In this document: positions 28,144 through 34,107 of the stretch, in pieces | Position numbering within the stretch: the stretch's first letter is position 1 | Layout: every line of letters starts with the position of its first letter | Origin: Gemmatimonadota bacterium | Lineage (GTDB): Bacteria > Gemmatimonadota > Gemmatimonadetes > Longimicrobiales > RSA9 | Reading direction: 5' to 3' | Assembly: GCA_018224305.1 (NCBI GenBank) | Contig: JAGTUV010000009.1 | Location: 1-34,107, forward strand | Length of the DNA: 34,107 nucleotides | Position numbers and translations under genes: made by a program | The notes under the pieces: generated by a model | The model's input: the letters and a program-made list of their open reading frames with translations, nothing else | What the model was told of the DNA's origin: nothing | Database searches by the model: none

Positions 28144-28319
28144 GGCAGCTCCGCCGTCGGCATGCTCGTGATCTCCCACAGGCCCCAGCCCGTGTAGATC
28201 ACGCCCATGATCACAATCCCCGCGATCATCAGAAGCAGCCAGTTGTCGTAGAGCCGCTGGCCGAGCGGCTCCTTCGCTGGGTCGTTGTCGTATGCATCAG
28301 GTGTGCGATCACTGCTCAT
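28140..28319 (-). CDS. Small single-TM subunit (subunit IIa-like), 59 aa
   Basis: GGAG RBS. QRLYDNWLLLMIAGIVIMGVIYTGWGLWEI. First gene of the oxidoreductase operon. Confidence 0.75.
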   Translation of the reverse strand: MSSDRTPDAYDNDPAKEPLGQRLYDNWLLLMIAGIVIMGVIYTGWGLWEITSMPTAELP

Positions 28320-28423
28320 GGTTTGCTCCGGTGACTGAAGTCGGCCCGGCATAAGTGGAGTACAGCATGTAGATATGAGGATATACCGGGCAGCGGCGGC
28401 GGCCATAGTCGGATTCCTGAACC

Positions 28424-28445
28424 TTTATCAGGATATTCCCCACAA
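28424..28445. promoter_or_regulatory. Putative regulator site TTTATCAGGATATTCCCCACAA
   Basis: 16/22 identical to 19794-19815. Lies in the second divergent intergenic region. Confidence 0.45.
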
Positions 28446-28526
28446 CGAACACGGGGTTCGGCCCCTACTTTACCGTGTGCCGCCCCAGCAGGGTTCGGCC
28501 GATTATTCCTCTGGCGATGGGCGAGG

Positions 28527-30074
28527 ATGCAGCCGCGGTTCAGCTATCGAAGCATCTCACGGGTGGACACCTGGCTCAATCGCGTCTACACGTCACGCTA
28601 CAACCCTCTGTATCACAGCGGTGCGATAGTGATCGCAATGCTCCTGGTGCTGCTTGCGACCGGGTTGTATCTGCTCATCTACTATCGGATCGGCGCGCCG
28701 CACGCATCAGTCGAACGCATCGATGCGCAGTTGTGGACGGGCCGCTGGATCAGGGGTCTGCATCGCTTTGCGTCGGATGCGGCGGTCGTGGCTGCGCTCG
28801 TGCATGCGTTCCGGATGTACGCGCAGAGACGCACGTGGGGGCCGCGCGCACTCGCGTGGGTCAGCGGAGTAGTCCTGCTGGTTGTGATCATGGTATCCGG
28901 CTGGACCGGTTACGTGCTGGTGTGGGACACGCACGCACAGCTGATCGCGGCGGAAGGTGCGCGGTGGCTGGATGCGCTGCCGCTGTTCAGCGAGCCGATC
29001 GGTCGCTCGTTCGTCGGCGAGAGTGACCTGCCCGGCGGATTCTTCTTCCTGAATCTGTTCGCGCACATCGCACTGCCGATCGGCATGGGGGTTCTGCTCT
29101 GGGTTCACATCGCACGCGTGGCGCGGCCGGTGCTGTTGCCGGCGCGCCCGGTGCTGTGGGGGAGCATCGCCGCGCTCACGCTGCTCGCGATCGTCTGGCC
29201 CCCGCCGATGGCGCCCGCCGCGGACCTGCTGCGCGTGCCACAGAATGTGCCGGTGGACTGGTTCTTCGGATTCTGGCTCCCGCTGACGATACGGCTGCCC
29301 GCATGGGGGGTGTGGCTGCTCGGCGTTCTGGTGCTGGCTCTCTTTGCCGCCATCCCGTGGCTGACAAGGCCGCGTCCCCAGGAGCTGCCTGCGCCCGCCA
29401 CTGTCGATGAACGCACATGCACCGGCTGCGAGCAGTGCGTTCATGACTGCCCGTACGATGCGATCGAGATGATCGCTCGAACAGGTGACAGGGAAGGGAT
29501 GATCGCGCGGGTGAAGACGGAGCTCTGTACGAGCTGCGGCATCTGCATAGGTTCGTGTCCGCCGATGGCCATCAGCGCGCTCGGCACGTCTGCGCGCGCG
29601 CAGCTCGAGGAGGCGCGCGCGTTCCTGGCGGAGGAGACGCCGGGGGAACGGGACCTCGTGATCGTCGGCTGCAGCTGGAGCGGCGCACGTGCGGAGGCGG
29701 AGCGATCCGGTGCGAAGTTCATGAGCGTGCCATGCATCGGTGCGATGCATTCGTCGACCGTGGAGATCCTTCTGCGCGGCGGTGCCGGCGGCGTGCTGGT
29801 AGCCGGCTGCCCCGAGCACGACGGCCGGACACGTGAAGGAGTGACCTGGACTGAGGAACGCCTCTTTCAGGGACGTGCCGCCGACCTGAAGCCGCGCGTC
29901 GATCGCAGCCGCATCCGGCTGGTCCAGGCGACGCTCGGGGAAAAGGTACTCCTCCACGAGTCCGTGCGTGCGTTCGCTGCCGAGATTGATGCGCTCGCTG
30001 ACGCCAACGGTGAGATCGACGTCGTCGATCTGTGCAGAAAGGCTCAGCCCGCCGTCCAGGAGGAATCCTCGTGA
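28527..30074 (+). CDS. Cytochrome b(bc1/b6-like) + 2x[4Fe-4S] ferredoxin + MvhD/FlpD-like fusion protein
   Basis: Two H-x13-H pairs (GLHR...LVHA and FAHI...WVHI), GWTGYVL and PEWY-like PVDWFF. CTGCEQCVHDCP and CTSCGICIGSCP. MvhD-like VGCSWS, VPCIG, GVLVAGCP and SRIRLV. Confidence 0.85.
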   Translation: MQPRFSYRSISRVDTWLNRVYTSRYNPLYHSGAIVIAMLLVLLATGLYLLIYYRIGAPHASVERIDAQLWTGRWIRGLHRFASDAAVVAALVHAFRMYAQRRTWGPRALAWVSGVVLLVVIMVSGWTGYVLVWDTHAQLIAAEGARWLDALPLFSEPIGRSFVGESDLPGGFFFLNLFAHIALPIGMGVLLWVHIARVARPVLLPARPVLWGSIAALTLLAIVWPPPMAPAADLLRVPQNVPVDWFFGFWLPLTIRLPAWGVWLLGVLVLALFAAIPWLTRPRPQELPAPATVDERTCTGCEQCVHDCPYDAIEMIARTGDREGMIARVKTELCTSCGICIGSCPPMAISALGTSARAQLEEARAFLAEETPGERDLVIVGCSWSGARAEAERSGAKFMSVPCIGAMHSSTVEILLRGGAGGVLVAGCPEHDGRTREGVTWTEERLFQGRAADLKPRVDRSRIRLVQATLGEKVLLHESVRAFAAEIDALADANGEIDVVDLCRKAQPAVQEESS

Positions 30075-30637
30075 GTGCAGCGCCCATGAACCCGGAACGA
30101 GGCCGTGCGGTGCGCACCCGAATCGTCCGCTGGCTCGCGCCCGTGCTCGTCACTGCCGTCATGACCGTGGGCATCGGCTGGCTTGCGCGCGCACCCTATC
30201 AGCCACCAGGCTCCGACAGCGCGACACTGCGACTGTCGTGGCGGTTGCGCGCGCCCGTCGCGGAGACGTGCAGGCCTCGTACGCAGGCCGAGCTCGATGC
30301 GCTCCCCGTGCATATGCGTACGCCCGAAGTCTGTCAGAGCCGTAGCGCGGCGTACGACCTCATTGTGCAGGTGGACGCGCGGACTGCGGACACCTCGAGG
30401 GTGCTGCAGGGCGGCGCGAAGGGCGACCGCCCGCTCTTTGTCCTGAAGGAACTGTCGCTCGAACCCGGACCGCATCATGTCCGCGTCCGCTTCGCCTCCG
30501 GTGCCGGCTTGCCGGCGGAAGAGTCTGTCGTTCTGGCGCTCGACACCGTGCTGCACATGCATGCTGGCACAGTTGATCTCGTCACTCTCGGTCCCGACGG
30601 CCGCACGTTGATTGTGCGGCAGTCGACACAGCCATGA
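30071..30637 (+). CDS. Membrane-anchored hypothetical protein with C...HM...C motif
   Basis: GTGA overlap with the fusion gene. One TM helix, then TCRPRTQAELDALPVHMRTPEVC and a beta-rich domain. Confidence 0.72.
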   Translation: MSAAPMNPERGRAVRTRIVRWLAPVLVTAVMTVGIGWLARAPYQPPGSDSATLRLSWRLRAPVAETCRPRTQAELDALPVHMRTPEVCQSRSAAYDLIVQVDARTADTSRVLQGGAKGDRPLFVLKELSLEPGPHHVRVRFASGAGLPAEESVVLALDTVLHMHAGTVDLVTLGPDGRTLIVRQSTQP

Positions 30638-30650
30638 AAGGGTTGTTCCA

Positions 30651-32123
30651 ATGACGACTATCGAATATCCGATGCCCGTTATCATCCAGGGCGGCATGGG
30701 CATTGGCGTGTCCGGCTGGCAACTGGCGCGCGCTGTATCGCGTCGCGGTCAGCTCGGCGTCGTGTCCGGTACTGCCATCGACTCGCTCTTCGTGCGACGC
30801 CTCCAGGATGGGGATCCGGGCGGACATGTGCGTCGCGCGATGGAGCACTTTCCGCTGCCGGACGTGAGTGCGGCCGCACTCGATGCGTACTTGCTGCCCG
30901 ACGGGCGCGCGGGCGCGCCGTATCGGGCCCTCCCCATGTGGCGCCAGATCGTGAGCCAGGCACGCGAACAGGTCACCATGCTCGCCAGCTTCGTCGAGGT
31001 GTACCTGGCCCGGGAGGGCCACGAGGGTATGGTGGGGATGAACCTGCTCACCAAGGTCCAGCTTCCGAACCTCGCCACGCTCTACGGCGCGATGATGGCG
31101 GGCGTCGACTGCATCATCATGGGAGCCGGCATCCCGCGCGAAATCCCTGCCGTGCTCGATGCGTTCGCAGAGGGACGTCCAGCCTCCATGAAGTTCGATG
31201 TGGAAGGACTGGAGCGAGGCGAGAGTGAGAGCATCACATTCGATCCGGCCCGGCACTGGACCGGTGCCGTGCCCGCACTCCACCGGCCTCTGTTCTTTCC
31301 CGTCGTCGCCGCCCACTCGCTTGCGACCATGCTCGCGCGCAAGTCGGTGGGCCGTATCGATGGCTTCATCGTCGAGGGTCCGACGGCCGGCGGCCACAAT
31401 GCGCCGCCGCGCGGCGCTACGGTCATGAATGACCGCGGCGAGCCGGTGTACGGTGAGCGTGATACCGTCGACCTCGACGTGATGCGCAGCCTGGGCCTCC
31501 CTTTCTGGCTCGCCGGCGGAACGGGCTCCGCGGAAGGCCTGCAGGCCGCCCTCCGCGCGGGCGCCGCGGGCATCCAGGTCGGCACCCTGTTCGCCTACGC
31601 CGATGAAAGCGGCCTCGCCTCCGATCTGAAGCATCGCGTGCTCCAGCAGGTGCGCTCCGGCGGTGCCGATGTGGTGACCGATCCGCGCGCCTCTCCGACC
31701 GGGTTCCCGTTCAAGGTCGTCGGCCTCGATGACACCAATTCCGATGACACGCTCTACGCCGGGCGCGAACGCGTGTGCGATCTCGGCTACCTGCGCAACG
31801 CCTACCGACGCGAGGACGGCAGGATCGGCTACCGCTGTGCCGCCGAACCGGTCGATGCATTCGCCAAGAAGGGCGGCTCTGTCGATGAGACGGACGGCCG
31901 CAAGTGCCTCTGCAACGGACTCATGGCCAACATAGGCCACCCACAGGAACGGGACGACGGCCCGGAGCGCGCCCTGATTACCAGCGGTGATGATCTGCTG
32001 CTCATGAAGGACTTCCTGCGCACGCGGGAGTCATATACCGCTGGCGACGTCATCGATTACCTCCTCGGCGTCCACGCGTCCGATCCGGTAACAGGGGCCA
32101 GCGTCCCGGCCGAGGCCTCATGA
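30651..32123 (+). CDS. Nitronate monooxygenase/FabX-like FMN TIM-barrel with Cys-rich C-terminus
   Basis: IIQGGMGIGVS, VEGPTAGGH, AGIQVGTLF and SPTGFP. Cys residues in VCDLG, YRCAAEP and KCLCNGL. Confidence 0.85.
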   Translation: MTTIEYPMPVIIQGGMGIGVSGWQLARAVSRRGQLGVVSGTAIDSLFVRRLQDGDPGGHVRRAMEHFPLPDVSAAALDAYLLPDGRAGAPYRALPMWRQIVSQAREQVTMLASFVEVYLAREGHEGMVGMNLLTKVQLPNLATLYGAMMAGVDCIIMGAGIPREIPAVLDAFAEGRPASMKFDVEGLERGESESITFDPARHWTGAVPALHRPLFFPVVAAHSLATMLARKSVGRIDGFIVEGPTAGGHNAPPRGATVMNDRGEPVYGERDTVDLDVMRSLGLPFWLAGGTGSAEGLQAALRAGAAGIQVGTLFAYADESGLASDLKHRVLQQVRSGGADVVTDPRASPTGFPFKVVGLDDTNSDDTLYAGRERVCDLGYLRNAYRREDGRIGYRCAAEPVDAFAKKGGSVDETDGRKCLCNGLMANIGHPQERDDGPERALITSGDDLLLMKDFLRTRESYTAGDVIDYLLGVHASDPVTGASVPAEAS

Positions 32124-32201
32124 CGTAAACGGCCTGCGCGGACACCGGGGAACGGCCTTGCTCGGAGTCCGTATTTGAGCGACATTCCACGCTCGGAACA
32201 C

Positions 32202-32275
32202 GCGGGCGTAGCTCAGTTGGCTAGAGCGTCAGCCTTCCAAGCTGAATGTCGTGGGTTCGAATCCCATCGCCCGCT
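32202..32275 (+). tRNA. tRNA-Gly (anticodon TCC), CCA not encoded
   Basis: Acceptor stem GCGGGCG/CGCCCGC, anticodon stem TCAGC/GCTGA with loop CTTCCAA, T-loop GTTCGAATC. Confidence 0.97.
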
Positions 32276-32287
32276 CTGTGTAAGAGA

Positions 32288-32322
32288 AAGCCCCGTCATC
32301 ATTTACGCTGGCGGGGCTTCTT
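32288..32322 (+). terminator. Hairpin downstream of tRNA-Gly (possible intrinsic terminator)
   Basis: AAGCCCCGTCA/TGGCGGGGCTT stem with one G-U pair, 10-nt loop, short U-rich tail. Confidence 0.55.
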
Positions 32323-32616
32323 GCTGTCCGGCGAGTAGTGCCCAGAGGCGGTGTATAAATTATCTACTGGGCCATGCCCCCCATGTGAGATCGTATTCCT
32401 CCGTTCGACGGCCAAATGGTCCCCCCGGCGCACGTCCTTTTCTTGTTCCTCCCAGAGCACGCGTGGTCGCTGAAGGTGACTATCGACCTGACGGAGCGTT
32501 GCCAGAGGTGGTGTCAGAAACCCACCGACGCGGGCTGACCGGGTCAAAGGAGCGAAACACAGGAGTGGAGCGCCATGAGAACGTGGCTGCTCCCGTTTCT
32601 GCATCATGGCAACCCG

Positions 32617-32880
32617 TCAGACAGCGTCGGGGGGCAACACTTCATCAATCGCATAGATCTCAGACAGCAGTGTTGCTAGTTCTTCGATAGGCACGCTGGC
32701 TATCAAGTTTGTTGTAGGAGGTGTGAGAACTTGCTTAAATGCATCCTTCTCCTCGTCCGGCACCAACTCGAGGACGAGACGCACGAGCTCATCTCGCCTC
32801 GCTAGAAGGTCCTCCGTCGTACGACCGGCGGCGATGTCGAAGTCTAGCGCGTTGATCGGGTAATCACGATCGAACTCCAC
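32617..32880 (-). CDS. Small acidic hypothetical protein (87 aa)
   Basis: GGAGG RBS before GTG 32880. Helical, acidic composition. Downstream of the lipoprotein gene. Confidence 0.6.
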   Translation of the reverse strand: MEFDRDYPINALDFDIAAGRTTEDLLARRDELVRLVLELVPDEEKDAFKQVLTPPTTNLIASVPIEELATLLSEIYAIDEVLPPDAV

Positions 32881-32960
32881 TTACTGATCCTCCATTGATG
32901 AGGAACTCGCCTGCGAAACGCAGCCATTCCCTACGCCCCGCAGGCGAGCGGCAACTCTGC

Positions 32961-33650
32961 TCATCCGCCCGTTGGCACCTGCCAGACGTCGCCCTTGAAC
33001 TCGTGTGAGCCGTCACGTTTTCTCACCGGCGTGACCTGGACGCTCATCAAGCCGACGCGATGGCATACGGCGATATACACACCCTTGGCCATCCAGACTG
33101 TGGAATCTGACTGGTTCGTAAATGGATCTATCGCATACGGCCGGAAGATTCCAGTACTCGCTGTTGGGTCCGACTTGAACGTCTGGTTCTCGTGCGGTCC
33201 TCTGAAAATGAAGGGTCCAAGCGGAATTTCTCGCCACGTCTTCAAATGAAGCGCCGTGTTTCCTCGAACCCAGGCCGGGCAGGTTGCCACCTCAACGCTC
33301 TCTAGGCAATCTCCGGGGACGCTGGGGTCACAAAGACGATAGGTGGTAGGCTGATAGCTTCCCCCACCGCCGCCGCTACCGCCACGGGGATAGCCAGGAT
33401 CGTCGTAAGTCGTAGGGTCGTATGGATCCCAATCATAGCACCACCAATCATCGCACCAGCAACCCCCATCACTGCACCCGTCTACCTCGATGGGGTCCAG
33501 AATACAGAGGCCCTCCTCGACACAGGCGTCCGTGGCCCCGGACGGTGTAAGGCCCAAGGGTTCAACAATCTCACCCGCCGGTCCAGTAACGTCCGCGCAG
33601 CTTGTAGCCGCGAACGCCGTGAGCAACAGCAACATCATTCTCAGCCGCAT
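32961..33650 (-). CDS. Hypothetical lipoprotein with Cys/Trp/Asp-rich segment, Gly linker and C-terminal domain
   Basis: GGAGGT RBS before ATG 33650. MRLRMMLLLLTAFAATS-C lipobox-like signal. GCSDGGCWCDDWWCYDW and GGSGGGGGS. Confidence 0.7.
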   Translation of the reverse strand: MRLRMMLLLLTAFAATSCADVTGPAGEIVEPLGLTPSGATDACVEEGLCILDPIEVDGCSDGGCWCDDWWCYDWDPYDPTTYDDPGYPRGGSGGGGGSYQPTTYRLCDPSVPGDCLESVEVATCPAWVRGNTALHLKTWREIPLGPFIFRGPHENQTFKSDPTASTGIFRPYAIDPFTNQSDSTVWMAKGVYIAVCHRVGLMSVQVTPVRKRDGSHEFKGDVWQVPTGG

Positions 33651-33952
33651 TTGGACACCTCCCTGGTCTCGGGTGGAAGCCCCGCATGATTCGCCTCTGA
33701 CGATCTGTCGTTGGACGAAGGGGCATCGGCGGCGGGGGCCAGTGTCACCTTGACCTGTGGAAGCTTGCAGCGTCCCACGAACTCCCGCGAACAAGGTGGG
33801 GAAGGGGTATCATCGAGCTATCATCGTAGCCGGGGTGCTCGGTCTGCCCAGCTTTCTGAGGGATTGTCAGCTTCCTATTGAGATCACCGATGCTGCCGGG
33901 CTGATACGTAAGCCCCGCTAAGTGGCAGCACGGCGACGGCGCGGAAAGGTTG

Positions 33953-34003
33953 TGCCGAGGGTTGTGTCAAAACCCCACCAACGCTGGCTGACGCTGGCTG
34001 ACG
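33953..34003 (+). repeat. Arm-type-site-like repeats upstream of attR
   Basis: GGTTGTGCC/GGTTGTGTC with 12-bp spacing and ACGCTGGCTG x2. 33953-33992 is 32/40 identical to 32500-32539. Confidence 0.65.
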
Positions 34004-34064
34004 ATCGGACCCCGAAAACCGCATGAATCTGCGAAAGTGAGCGTCCGTCAGGCGCAGTTCAGTC

Positions 34065-34107
34065 GCCTTCCAAGCTGAATGTCGTGGGTTCGAATCCCAT
34101 CGCCCGC
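34065..34107 (+). repeat. attR-like duplication of the tRNA-Gly 3' half
   Basis: GCCTTCCAAGCTGAATGTCGTGGGTTCGAATCCCATCGCCCGC is identical to 32232-32274. It begins at the anticodon arm and runs to the window end. Confidence 0.93.

Larger units (their letters stand above)
32232..34107. mobile_element. tRNA-Gly-integrated mini-island (1833-bp repeat spacing), no intact integrase
   Basis: Exact 43-bp direct repeat at 32232-32274 and 34065-34107. The interior is visibly more AT-rich and carries two orphan ORFs. Confidence 0.8.

Noticed and set aside
28527-30074. Hydrogenase or heterodisulfide reductase system suggested by the MvhD domain
   Set aside because: No NiFe/FeFe hydrogenase or Hdr subunit genes are in the window.
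32175-32690. ORFs overlapping tRNAs or the island's left end (32175-32690 +, 32299-32607 -, 9031-9387 -, 9129-9713 +)
   Set aside because: They translate through tRNA or terminator sequence and lack RBS and motifs.
34030-34107. Second intact tRNA-Gly gene
   Set aside because: The 5' acceptor strand and D-arm are absent; identity starts only at 34065.

Overview
High-GC bacterial DNA. Gene content and style suggest Gemmatimonadota, but that is an inference. The window has four parts. (1) 1-13141, housekeeping: YihY/BrkB, smpB, amidase, TPR lipoprotein, pyrD, pyrF, MscS, cysS, tRNA-Thr(TGT), nagB-PIG-L fusion and mscL. (2) 13318-23946, a divergent folD followed by two divergent, tightly coupled operons around a SufR-like Fe-S regulator. 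They encode DUF2249/DUF1858 proteins, DUF59, cupins, a stand-alone ScdA_N domain, single- and triple-unit heme-copper-oxidase-homology (HCOH/NnrS-like) membrane proteins, CtaA, a TIGR04053-like radical SAM enzyme and a CopD-like protein. (3) 24001-32123, a CuA-containing heme-copper enzyme whose active-site Tyr is replaced by Gln (GHSSQQINV), probably an eNOR-type NO reductase, with SCO and CtaB. It is divergent from a cytochrome b/2x[4Fe-4S]/MvhD fusion, a Cys/His/Met membrane-anchored protein and a FabX/NMO-like flavoprotein. (4) tRNA-Gly(TCC) followed by a 1.8-kb integrase-less element bounded by an exact 43-bp copy of the tRNA 3' half. The best candidate for an undescribed system is the roughly 18-kb eNOR locus with its putative electron donor and cofactor-maturation/repair genes. 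All family calls come from motif recognition by eye; no searches were run.
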